IMG/VR virus record: IMGVR_UViG_3300029122_000292
DNA length: 64,000 nucleotides
Source of the DNA: a virus
Strand: one strand, 5' to 3'
The notes below the pieces were generated by a model that had not been told where the DNA came from, ran no database searches, and was given only the letters and a program-made list of their open reading frames with translations. Of the stretch, positions 55,465 to 64,000 are shown in pieces (position 1 is the first letter of the stretch; each line of letters starts with the position of its first letter). Made by a program: the position numbers and the translations under genes.

Positions 55465-56048
55465 TGGGACAGCGATTAGTTATCACAGTTCATGCTTTTG
55501 ACGAAGATATCGCTAAGATCTATTATCATTGGTCTGCATATACCACAAGTGCCCTTCAGAAGGCAAAAGACATCATCGATAACGTTGATTGGTTTAATTC
55601 TACTAGCAAGGACGAACTTATTCTTCGCATTACAAGACAGCTTGAGAAATGCGGTGGTGGAGTGAATATTCGCGACCGAGAAGCGTTCAAGAAAAAATAC
55701 CCGAATGAAACATTTAAAGATAACATCAACAGAAATTATGGTTTGATTGCAATCACGGACGACGGTATAGAAGAATTAGAGCACTGGTCGCAAGGTGATC
55801 TAACCATCGATTTCGATACGGAAAAAGTCTACAATGATGTGATGTTTACATATGAATCTGATGAAGAATTTAAGCAAGATAGATTGGATGCTGGATTTGA
55901 AGATGACGATATTGATGTGAAAAACATCAAGCAGCTTTTATTTGATCCGACCGAAGTGCATTTCTTTGCGCTCGATTCAGCAATTGAGACGTTGGATGGT
56001 TTACAGTTCTGCCGCTACTTTGGTCAGATTTATGAGTTGATTATTTGA
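55464..56048 (+). CDS. hypothetical protein (194 aa)
   Basis: ORF track; ATGG overlap. Confidence 0.55.
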   Translation: MGQRLVITVHAFDEDIAKIYYHWSAYTTSALQKAKDIIDNVDWFNSTSKDELILRITRQLEKCGGGVNIRDREAFKKKYPNETFKDNINRNYGLIAITDDGIEELEHWSQGDLTIDFDTEKVYNDVMFTYESDEEFKQDRLDAGFEDDDIDVKNIKQLLFDPTEVHFFALDSAIETLDGLQFCRYFGQIYELII

Positions 56049-56056
56049 GGTGAATT

Positions 56057-56896
56057 ATGACACACGAATGGGTGGAACAGAAAAATAAAGAATATCATGA
56101 ACAGTTTAAAGATTATCCACAGGCATTGGTAGATGAATGGAATCGAATTCCTGAATGGGCTAAGAGCGCCATTGATCGTCGTATTGCTGATGTCGAAATA
56201 AAACTGTTTGAGGCGCTTGCAAAGCTTAACGAGGAACCAGACAGTTTCGATGTACATAGATTGGTCACAGAAACGGATAGCGATTCCTTTTTTGTGAAAT
56301 GGTATATTAACCATGATATCGAAAAGGGCGCAGATTCCGATGAAGCGCTGAAGAAAATCTCGAAGGAATTTGAAAAACTGCGAGATATGGCAGAAAAATA
56401 TGAAGAATTCTTAGAATATAAAGATCGTTATCTTGAAGCAGAAGATCGTATTATGGAGTTTGATGGGGATATTATCATTACAGATCCATGTTATCTGTCT
56501 CATAATATGTCAAATGACGAGCGGAGAAAATTTGAATGTTGCGATATCGGCAGTCATGGCATTATTGGAATAGAGTCCAATACTTACTACGGTGATTGGC
56601 GTTGTACTACATTCGTGCCCGAAACGAATGTTAAACTGGGCGGATTCTGCGCAGATGCCGGTATGGTATGTGTGGCTGATTTAGTCTCCGTCTTAAAGTT
56701 TAATCCAAAATACAATGATCATCTTGAAAAGCCTTGGTGTGCAACTTGGATCAAAAATCTCAAAGGTGTTGTTCGTATCGCCATTGATGAAAACAAAGAG
56801 CGCTGGCCAGCTTATATCGTTCATGTGGTAGGGCATGGTGTCAATAAAGAAACAGGAGAGACGATCGAATTTGATACGGTGCAAACAGGGTTATGA
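56057..56896 (+). CDS. hypothetical protein (279 aa)
   Basis: ORF track; GAGGTGAATTATG. Confidence 0.55.
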   Translation: MTHEWVEQKNKEYHEQFKDYPQALVDEWNRIPEWAKSAIDRRIADVEIKLFEALAKLNEEPDSFDVHRLVTETDSDSFFVKWYINHDIEKGADSDEALKKISKEFEKLRDMAEKYEEFLEYKDRYLEAEDRIMEFDGDIIITDPCYLSHNMSNDERRKFECCDIGSHGIIGIESNTYYGDWRCTTFVPETNVKLGGFCADAGMVCVADLVSVLKFNPKYNDHLEKPWCATWIKNLKGVVRIAIDENKERWPAYIVHVVGHGVNKETGETIEFDTVQTGL

Positions 56897-57022
56897 TGAA
56901 CTATATTTTGTTATTTCAATTTATTGATTTTTGCCTTGATTGGGCATGGTTAATTGTTCCGATATGGGCATTTTGTTTTATTGCTGTGATGTTAATAATC
57001 TAAAGCGTAAAGAGGTGGTAAA

Positions 57023-57826
57023 ATGACACGAGAAGAATTACAACGTATCATTGATAGCGAACCCTATGATTTTCTACGTACTGATCCTCACCTTGGCAAG
57101 CATTTGATGTTTCTGACCATTGGCGGCAGCCATGCTTATGGAACGAATGTAGCAGGATCAGATGTTGATATTCGCGGTGTCGCTTTGAACTCCAAAGAGG
57201 ATCTACTCGGGTTGGGTGAGTTTGAACATCGTGTAGATACGATGACGGATACAACGGTATTTAGCTTCAACAAGGCTGCGAAGTTATTGTGTAGCAGGAA
57301 TCCAAACATGCTGGAACAGTTTGGTAATCCAGACGAGCTTGTTATCACTTACAGCCCGACCGCAAAGCTGTTGTTCGATAATAAGAATTTGTTTCTATCA
57401 AAGCGTGTGATTTATTCATTTGGTGGATTTGCAGGGAAGTTAATTAAAGAAGCAGATGCTAAATGGCGTGCGTACCTGTATGAAGTTGAAGTATCTGGCG
57501 TGAATCCAAATGTTAAACCGTATATTCCATGTGGAGAAAAACGTTTCAATAAGATTGTAATGAATGTGATTCGCTTATATCATATGTTGTTTGACATCTT
57601 AGAAAAAGGTGAGATCAACACTTATCGTGGGGCTGAGCACGATATTTTGATGCAGATTCGAAACGGGGACTACGACTACGAAGAGTTGCGCAAGCATACG
57701 ATTCCTATTTATGAGGCAAGACTGCAGGCAGACAAGAAAGAAACAGATCTGCCTGACCGAGTTGATATGAAACAGGTCAATGAGTTAGCCGTGACTATCA
57801 ATGAGCAGGCGCTAAAGGTGGTGTAA
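57023..57826 (+). CDS. polymerase-beta-superfamily nucleotidyltransferase (267 aa)
   Basis: GGSHAYGTNVAGSDVDIRGV fits the GS...DxD nucleotidyltransferase signature. Confidence 0.6.
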   Translation: MTREELQRIIDSEPYDFLRTDPHLGKHLMFLTIGGSHAYGTNVAGSDVDIRGVALNSKEDLLGLGEFEHRVDTMTDTTVFSFNKAAKLLCSRNPNMLEQFGNPDELVITYSPTAKLLFDNKNLFLSKRVIYSFGGFAGKLIKEADAKWRAYLYEVEVSGVNPNVKPYIPCGEKRFNKIVMNVIRLYHMLFDILEKGEINTYRGAEHDILMQIRNGDYDYEELRKHTIPIYEARLQADKKETDLPDRVDMKQVNELAVTINEQALKVV

Positions 57827-58049
57827 AATGAAAATTGAAGACTATTCGCCAGATGAATTGGCTGAAATTTTTAAGGAAGAATTAGATCGTCTTGGCATCC
57901 CATATCATTATGATCTGGACGTGGAATCGAAATTTGAACCCTTAATGCCTGATGAGCCGGTTTTGAAAGTGTAATTTATTGTACTATTAGGATGATATAA
58001 TTATAAGGAAGGAGTGCGCCCTCTTAAAGTGAGGGTGTAAAAATTGAAT

Positions 58050-58652
58050 ATGTTGAAGCTGTCAGTGTCGAACGCAAACAGCAAGATGGGTAATATTAAA
58101 TCCATCTCTATGCCACGAGTGGTTACTTGTGCGCCTGACGTGCCTTGTGCGAAGACGTGCTATGTTAGTCATTTCGATTGGCGACGAACGGTACAAAACG
58201 CATATGAAAACAACCTGAATCTTTGGTTGACAGACCCTGACAGCTTCGAACAGCAAGCAATTGCTGCAGCTTACGGGTCTTTTTATTTTAGGTGGCATGT
58301 CAGTGGAGACATTATCAGTCAGGATTATCTTGCGATGATGTGCCGCGTCGCTCGTAAGTTGCCGCATACTCACTTCCTGGCGTTCACAAAACAGTATAAA
58401 ATCGTTAACCAGTATTTGGCAGCGAAAAAGAAAATTCCCAAAAATTTACATATTTTATTTTCAGAATGGCCGGGTTATAATATGGATAACACCTATAATT
58501 TACCAGTTGCTTATGTATCGTTCAAAAATGGAGTTTGCGATGCACCGGCAGACGCAAACGAATGTGGCGGTCATTGTGAAGATTGCGCATATGCCGGCAA
58601 GAACTGTTGGGTGTTGAAAAAGGGGCAGTCTGTAGTACTGCGGGAGCATTAA
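58050..58652 (+). CDS. Cys-rich hypothetical protein (200 aa)
   Basis: ORF 58044..58652 trimmed to ATG after GAGGGTG. Confidence 0.5.
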   Translation: MLKLSVSNANSKMGNIKSISMPRVVTCAPDVPCAKTCYVSHFDWRRTVQNAYENNLNLWLTDPDSFEQQAIAAAYGSFYFRWHVSGDIISQDYLAMMCRVARKLPHTHFLAFTKQYKIVNQYLAAKKKIPKNLHILFSEWPGYNMDNTYNLPVAYVSFKNGVCDAPADANECGGHCEDCAYAGKNCWVLKKGQSVVLREH

Positions 58653-58690
58653 TCTGCAGACCCCTATTATAATAAGGTAGGAGGATGCGC

Positions 58691-59314
58691 ATGAACTGTG
58701 TTATTACAAACGGTGCGTGCTACATTAAAAGAAACAGCGAGAACTTATTGGTCGCAACGGATAGCCTTGGAGACGCATTTCTGTTTCCGGCTGAAAAAGC
58801 ACAAGCGACAATCACATGTCTACCAAAGGCATTACAGGACAAAGGATTCAAAGTAAAAAGTGTCTCAGAGATTCTTGGACGTATAGAATCGACCGTGATG
58901 GCCGAGGTTGGAAGAGCTGAACAGGAACAGTATGATGCCGGCATTCCCATCAAAGAAGGGGAGACATTACATAATCTGAAGCAGGCATTGTTGATTGTAG
59001 ACGAGACTCTTGGATCGATTCAATCATTATATGTTGATGCTTGTAAAGAGCTGAACGATGTAAGCCTCGAAATTATTGATCTTCAGCATGCCATTGAATT
59101 CGCAAAGGCGAATGCGGTTAGAAAGTGCTATCTTGAAACAGAATTGCAAAAAGCGTTGCTTAAACGACGAGAATGCAAAGATGTAAAAGTACTTATCGAG
59201 TGTGTTATGGAGTTTGACAGAGGAGATTGGGGCACAGGAAAACTGCAAAAAGTTTTTGATCGGTCTGAAAAACGGTCTTATATGCCGCGTATCCGTAATG
59301 ATTTGTTTGAATAA
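58691..59314 (+). CDS. hypothetical protein (207 aa)
   Basis: Second ATG after GGAGG. Confidence 0.5.
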   Translation: MNCVITNGACYIKRNSENLLVATDSLGDAFLFPAEKAQATITCLPKALQDKGFKVKSVSEILGRIESTVMAEVGRAEQEQYDAGIPIKEGETLHNLKQALLIVDETLGSIQSLYVDACKELNDVSLEIIDLQHAIEFAKANAVRKCYLETELQKALLKRRECKDVKVLIECVMEFDRGDWGTGKLQKVFDRSEKRSYMPRIRNDLFE

Positions 59315-59336
59315 AAAAATATAAAGGAGTCTTATC

Positions 59337-59735
59337 ATGAGTGGAGCTATTTCGTTTTTCCTTGGGTTGTTCGGTCTTGGTGCGGCTGGTGCAGTCAGCG
59401 CGGGACAGAACGCAAAAATCAAGAAGGCAGATTATCAGTATGGCGAAGAGCATGGCCTTCATGGCACCTCTGAGGTTCTGCAAATGCGGGAGCGAGTGCG
59501 TAAAGAATGGTGGAGCATCTGCGGCAAAACCTACAACGCATGTGAGCGGCCTGCATCGAGTTACGGCGACCTCAGCAGAACCCCGTGGTGCTATCTGAAA
59601 AAGCGCTGGTTCATTGATCATCTGAACAAAAAGGGCATTCCTTATGATGATCTGGTCGTGGATGATGTTACCGGCGTTACCTTCTACGAGAGCCAGAAAA
59701 GAACGTCCCAAGCCTATATGAGAAAGCTGCGGTAA
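59337..59735 (+). CDS. membrane-anchored protein (132 aa)
   Basis: N-terminal hydrophobic ISFFLGLFGLGAAGAV. Confidence 0.5.
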   Translation: MSGAISFFLGLFGLGAAGAVSAGQNAKIKKADYQYGEEHGLHGTSEVLQMRERVRKEWWSICGKTYNACERPASSYGDLSRTPWCYLKKRWFIDHLNKKGIPYDDLVVDDVTGVTFYESQKRTSQAYMRKLR

Positions 59736-59750
59736 TAGGAGAATAATTAT

Positions 59751-59969
59751 ATGAAAGCTTATGACGCATTAACTGCTGTACTTAGAACCGTTGAAGCGAA
59801 TCATGCCAAATTACGCGAAGAACCTGATTCTGACGGCGATACCCATGATAAATGGGAAGCGGAAGAAGATGTTCTGTGCGAATTGGAGGAGGCGCTTGAA
59901 GAAGCTATTGATCGATACGAAGAAGCGATGGAAGTGCGAAAGAGTTTGCGAGTTGCAATATTGAAATAA
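59751..59969 (+). CDS. small acidic helical protein (72 aa)
   Basis: ORF track. Confidence 0.45.
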   Translation: MKAYDALTAVLRTVEANHAKLREEPDSDGDTHDKWEAEEDVLCELEEALEEAIDRYEEAMEVRKSLRVAILK

Positions 59970-60082
59970 CAACCAAGAAGTTTAAATTGGGGGTTGAATA
60001 TTAAGACATAATATGGTAGAATAACAACTGAAAATAGTAATGCCGCAGAATTCAATGTGAATTTCGGTTGTATTTGGAGGTC

Positions 60083-60406
60083 ATGATGATAAAAACTTTT
60101 ACTGCGGAGGAGTTTTTTAGCTACATCCGGTCTTTTGAAAAAATGTATGTATGGTGCGGTTCGGATGGAAACAGTGGATTGTTTATTCGGACAAATCCAA
60201 AACGCGCTGCTATCATGAAAAGAAAAAATGGGTATGAGATCTCTTGCATGATCGCTCAGAAAGGAGCGATGTTTTGCGAGGAGGGCGGGCTGATACTTTA
60301 CGGCAATGAATTTCAGTGTAACATTGAAACAGATTGCGCTAGATATGAGGTGGCTGTAAAATCTGATAAGATGGCTGGACTGATGAAAATCATTTTACAA
60401 ACATAA
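60083..60406 (+). CDS. hypothetical protein (107 aa)
   Basis: ATG after GGAGG. Confidence 0.5.
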   Translation: MMIKTFTAEEFFSYIRSFEKMYVWCGSDGNSGLFIRTNPKRAAIMKRKNGYEISCMIAQKGAMFCEEGGLILYGNEFQCNIETDCARYEVAVKSDKMAGLMKIILQT

Positions 60407-60431
60407 CTTAAAAATAAAATGAATAAAAACG

Positions 60432-60460
60432 CTTGACAAGTCAGGTTTGAGGTGATATAA
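60432..60460 (+). promoter_or_regulatory. near-consensus sigma70 promoter TTGACA-N17-TATAAT with TGn extended -10
   Basis: Read from sequence; 43 nt upstream of the MazF-like gene. Confidence 0.6.
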
Positions 60461-60502
60461 TGGTACCATAGAGAACAAGCCATAGACAAGGAGGTCATAA
60501 AT

Positions 60503-60919
60503 ATGTTCGTGGCTGGAAAGAGCATCCCGAAGATTGGCGAAATCCGTTTTGGATACGCCAGTGACGATGAAAGTCGACTAAGTACTCATAAATACGTCGG
60601 CGTCCATCCGTATCTCGTTGTGTCAAACAATACTTACAATAAGACTTCTGGACAGTGCGAAGTTATTCCGTTTACCACAAAGCGGATCGGCAAGTACAAT
60701 CCAGTTCACGTTGAGTATAAGGCGGGCGAGGTAAGTGGGTTAATCAAAGATTCCACTCTAATCATTGAGGGAAGAGATACGCTGCGAAATTGCCAGCTTA
60801 GTGAACCGGTGGGCGAGTTCACGGAAGGAAACTGGGAGCGCGTTGTGGAAGCAATGAAAGTTCAGTGCCCTTTCCTAAGAAAAGAATCAGCAGATAAACC
60901 TGTTTTAACAATCGCATAA
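60503..60919 (+). CDS. MazF/PemK/Kid-family toxin-like protein (mRNA interferase fold)
   Basis: HPYLVVSNNTYNKTSGQCEVIPFTTK aligns with MazF RPAVVLSPFMYNNKTGMCLCVPCTTQ; N-terminal P.IGEI also conserved. Confidence 0.7.
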   Translation: MFVAGKSIPKIGEIRFGYASDDESRLSTHKYVGVHPYLVVSNNTYNKTSGQCEVIPFTTKRIGKYNPVHVEYKAGEVSGLIKDSTLIIEGRDTLRNCQLSEPVGEFTEGNWERVVEAMKVQCPFLRKESADKPVLTIA

Positions 60920-60994
60920 ATTATTGTCTATTGAAAAAACTCCTTACATAGTGTAAAATATTATAAAAACACCCTCACTATGTAAGGAGTGAAT

Positions 60995-62059
60995 ATGATG
61001 GACAGCACGATGTACAACTACGATCGCAAAGCTGCTTTCATGGAGTTTTATATCAACGGTGGAAGAAACGAAGACGCCGCTAGGTACAGACAAAGAGATG
61101 CAGTAACTGCGTTGAACAAGGTTGCAATTGTTGAAACAAAATACAATAAAGATTTCTGTGAATTTAAAAGCGGCTCAACAGAGATGAATGATCTTTGTGT
61201 TTTGTGGCTTAACAATTTGGCGGATACAAGAAGAGTAAGAATGACATCTATTTTAAGAGCCTATCTTAAATGGTGTTATCAAAACGATTATATCAACGCC
61301 GAACAGTATTATAGTCATGATATGACTAGTACAGTATCTAGAAGCTCAAACAAAACCGACGTCTGGTCTTCGATGTTGATTAAACAGATGGAGGTTGCAA
61401 GCGAAAACGAAACAAACTCTCTAGACTCTGACTTTATTTTTGAAGATAAAGAGTCCTTTATAGAATATGTTTCGACTGTGCTTGGTCATGAAAAATATAC
61501 GATGCCGGCAGCTTTAATGATTTTACTTTACTATCAGTTTGAATCTACAGCTGTAACGAAAATATTAAAGACAGAAGTAGATGCCGCCGGGCATACAGTG
61601 CAAAACGTTTATATCGATGACGAAACAGCATTTAATATTATTTATCGTGCAAAAGTCATTGACAGTTATAGCACAACGTTTGAAAGAAATAATAAAAATT
61701 ATGATCGAATAGAGTATTATGCTGATTCTCCGTACTTGTTAAGAAATACTTCAAGAGGAAGAAAAAAAGAACAAGAAACCGATCAGCAAGTTCCATATTC
61801 GTTCGTAAAAAAGGTTATGGAAGTGGAACGAAAAGCGAACAAAGAACTTCCAGAAGATTCTCCGTATAAAAATGTTATTATAAAGGGCGCAACAATTTCA
61901 AAATTAAAACTGTTCCACGAAATGAGAGTAGACGAAAAAAAGTACGGATTAGAATTTGTAAAAGAAAACATAATAGATGGAAAGTATGGTAATTATACAG
62001 TTCCGCAAACTGTATATAGAGAGTATTGTTTGATGGCGTCCAAAGCACGAAAAATTTAA
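60995..62059 (+). CDS. hypothetical protein (354 aa)
   Basis: ATG after AAGGAGTG. Confidence 0.55.
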   Translation: MMDSTMYNYDRKAAFMEFYINGGRNEDAARYRQRDAVTALNKVAIVETKYNKDFCEFKSGSTEMNDLCVLWLNNLADTRRVRMTSILRAYLKWCYQNDYINAEQYYSHDMTSTVSRSSNKTDVWSSMLIKQMEVASENETNSLDSDFIFEDKESFIEYVSTVLGHEKYTMPAALMILLYYQFESTAVTKILKTEVDAAGHTVQNVYIDDETAFNIIYRAKVIDSYSTTFERNNKNYDRIEYYADSPYLLRNTSRGRKKEQETDQQVPYSFVKKVMEVERKANKELPEDSPYKNVIIKGATISKLKLFHEMRVDEKKYGLEFVKENIIDGKYGNYTVPQTVYREYCLMASKARKI

Positions 62060-62068
62060 AAAGATATT

Positions 62069-62092
62069 GAGCCGAAAGGCTCTTTATCTTTC
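62069..62092 (+). terminator. rho-independent terminator GAGCCGAAAGGCTC + TTTATCTTT
   Basis: Read from sequence. Confidence 0.5.
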
Positions 62093-62139
62093 GACGCACA
62101 AACATGACTTAAATATACTTTCTGCAAGGAGGTGAGAGA

Positions 62140-62742
62140 ATGAAGAGGATGATTGCGGCGTGTATCTCAACGATTATGGTTGCGTGCGTGACTATTTCGG
62201 CTGCAGCTGATGATCCAATTGGGACATACGACAGTTGGAAGCCGGATTTAAAAGAATACACTTCACAAGTCTGCGATGAATATGGAGTCGATTATAGTTT
62301 GGCTCTTGGCGTGATATATAATGAAAGCCGATTTAAAAGCGGACTGACTCATATGAACTCAAACGGAACAACCGATTATGGGCTGATGCAAGTCAATGAG
62401 GTTAATTTCAAATATTTGAACAGGACGCTTGGCATTACATCAATGAATCAGTTGTTGGATGATAGGGTTGGAATTAGATGTGGAGTTCACTTACTCGCGT
62501 ATCATAAACACGCAACAGGGAACGATTCCGCAGCTCTCCTACGATATCAGGTGGGAGAGGGTACATATAAAAAGTATATAAAACGTGGTAAGTACACAAA
62601 TGATACTCATGGTCGGGTATGGCAGTACAGAAACATCTATTATGAATATCTGAATCAACACAATGAATCAAAATTAAATGGCTTCACGAGGAAAGATCCG
62701 ATTGAATCCATTTTAAATACGTGGGCAGAAATGCTCACTTGA
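62140..62742 (+). CDS. secreted lytic transglycosylase (SLT domain), candidate endolysin
   Basis: Signal peptide; catalytic ES and GLMQV motifs (VIYNESRFKSG...DYGLMQVNE). Confidence 0.7.
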   Translation: MKRMIAACISTIMVACVTISAAADDPIGTYDSWKPDLKEYTSQVCDEYGVDYSLALGVIYNESRFKSGLTHMNSNGTTDYGLMQVNEVNFKYLNRTLGITSMNQLLDDRVGIRCGVHLLAYHKHATGNDSAALLRYQVGEGTYKKYIKRGKYTNDTHGRVWQYRNIYYEYLNQHNESKLNGFTRKDPIESILNTWAEMLT

Positions 62743-62849
62743 CAAGCTGATGTAGCTCAGAGGCAGAGCACGGTACTTGTAATGCCGGGGTCGAGATTCC
62801 GAAATTCTCCATCAGCTCCATTTAAAAATTTCTCAGGAGGAATATAAAT

Positions 62850-63014
62850 ATGCTTACGGTCGTAATGAAGGATGGCAACATCAAAGAGTACGGATTAGGT
62901 GAATTTACTGAATACGAATGGCGGAGAGAGGTTTTTGTCGTCATAAAAGGTGCTCAGTGGATTGGAATGTTTAATTGGGATTCTGTTAAAGAAGTCCATT
63001 TTACAGAAGTTTAA
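62850..63014 (+). CDS. small protein (54 aa)
   Basis: Own translation MLTVVMKDGNIKEYGLGEFTEYEW... after CAGGAGGAATATAAAT. Confidence 0.4.
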   Translation: MLTVVMKDGNIKEYGLGEFTEYEWRREVFVVIKGAQWIGMFNWDSVKEVHFTEV

Positions 63015-63035
63015 ATATTATGAAGGAGAAGGATT

Positions 63036-63677
63036 ATGACTACTGAAACTATGACAATTCATCGCGGTCTGGCAGAGCTAAAGGTTATTGAAGATCGCAT
63101 CAACAAGCTGCTTCGTGAAGCTAAGTTTTGTGCACCAGCTAAAAAGAGCATGAAGAAGCTGGACGGTGTGGATATCGATGAGTTTAAGACAAATGCTCAG
63201 TCCGTTTTCGATAAGATCACTGCACTGATTTCAAAGCAGGCAGCACTTAAGCGGGCGATTTCTGAATCCAACGCAAAGACCTATGTTACTGTGGCCGGTA
63301 TTAATTTTACTGTTGCGATGGCAATCTGGATGAATCAGCATGGCATTGATTTCCAGAGTGCGCTGCTTAATGTGATCGATCGCCAGTACTCTAATGCCAC
63401 TGCTGTGATTGAAAACGCAAACGCTCGTCTGAGTGACCGTGCTGACTCTTTTGTGAGCTCTACAAATTCCGCTTCGGATAAGAACAACATGGACGCGGAT
63501 ACCTTGAAGGAAATCCGCCAAGACTATATTGATCGTGAGACTATGGTTTTGGTTGATGGTATCGATGTTAAAAGGGTAAAGAACGAGCTGGCTGACAAGA
63601 TCGATAAGTTTAAGGCCGAAGTCGATGCAGCACTGTCTGCCTCTAATGCCGTGACCGAGATCACGATTGAGTACTAA
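63036..63677 (+). CDS. hypothetical protein (213 aa)
   Basis: ORF track; GGAGAAGGATTATG. Confidence 0.55.
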   Translation: MTTETMTIHRGLAELKVIEDRINKLLREAKFCAPAKKSMKKLDGVDIDEFKTNAQSVFDKITALISKQAALKRAISESNAKTYVTVAGINFTVAMAIWMNQHGIDFQSALLNVIDRQYSNATAVIENANARLSDRADSFVSSTNSASDKNNMDADTLKEIRQDYIDRETMVLVDGIDVKRVKNELADKIDKFKAEVDAALSASNAVTEITIEY

Positions 63678-63868
63678 GTTGTAACACCGCAAGGTGTCTA
63701 CATAATCATTGTTTATCGAAAACGACAAACCGTAATTGTTCGCTTTTGTTTATAGGGACTTGCTTAAGCGAAATCAAAATATAAAAAGCTAACACCTATA
63801 TAAAAGTGGCCTTATAAGCCTTCATGATGAAGAACAAGTTTATATTAGATTATAAATAATACTTGATT

Positions 63869-63940
63869 TTCTGATTTGCTAAATGGTTAAAGCGACAGAC
63901 AGAAAATCTGTAATTGTAGGTTCGAATCCTGCATCAGAGA
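63869..63940 (+). tRNA. tRNA-like gene, possibly Phe (GAA), with unusual A33 and no encoded CCA
   Basis: Acceptor TTCTGAT/ATCAGAG, anticodon stem ACAGA/TCTGT, T-arm GTAGG-TTCGAAT-CCTGC. Confidence 0.4.
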
Positions 63941-64000
63941 ACAAAATCGATCAGTAAGCGGAATCAACCCAAGGGAAGATACGAGCTGATCAAATTCATC

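Overview
This window reads as the early/accessory region of a large phage or prophage. Host is probably a low-GC Firmicute, judging by AGGAGG-type ribosome-binding sites, TTGACA-N17-TATAAT promoters and about 42% GC. Genes 1..13070 are on the minus strand and nearly all genes 14799..64000 on the plus strand. The two blocks diverge from a 1.7 kb GC-rich non-coding region (13077..14790). No capsid, portal or terminase genes are visible. Recognisable genes: a calcineurin-like metallophosphoesterase; an 849-aa protein with a DFDGD motif (candidate YonO-like single-subunit RNA polymerase); a PIN-PhoH ATPase; two antirepressors (Ant and Bro-N/KilAC types); a tmRNA and a tRNA cluster (Met, three Leu isoacceptors, Gly, two uncertain); a CX3CX2C radical-SAM protein; an SPFH-domain lipoprotein; a MoaD/ThiS-like small protein, a JAMM/MPN+ peptidase and a minimal ThiF/MoeB (E1-like) enzyme next to a retron-like reverse transcriptase; a tyrosine recombinase; an AAA ATPase; an NAD+ module (PRPP-synthetase-like, NAMPT-like, macro domain, NadE, PncA-like nicotinamidase, HD hydrolase); a pol-beta-type nucleotidyltransferase; a MazF/PemK-like toxin with its own consensus promoter; and an SLT lytic transglycosylase. 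Strongest candidates for something new: (1) thirteen otherwise unrelated small proteins on both strands that all end in the peptide [T/V/I]-C-[K/R/H]-S-L-L, conserved at protein level with divergent codons. (2) The Ubl-like/JAMM/E1-like cluster abutting the RT, bracketed by copies of an 18-bp imperfect palindrome that occurs three times in the window. (3) The NAD+ reconstitution-type gene set. (4) Two families of conserved non-coding motifs: a covarying hairpin with a GGGCAGAC loop (three copies) and CACAAAC..ACTTAAATATA upstream of several genes (four copies).
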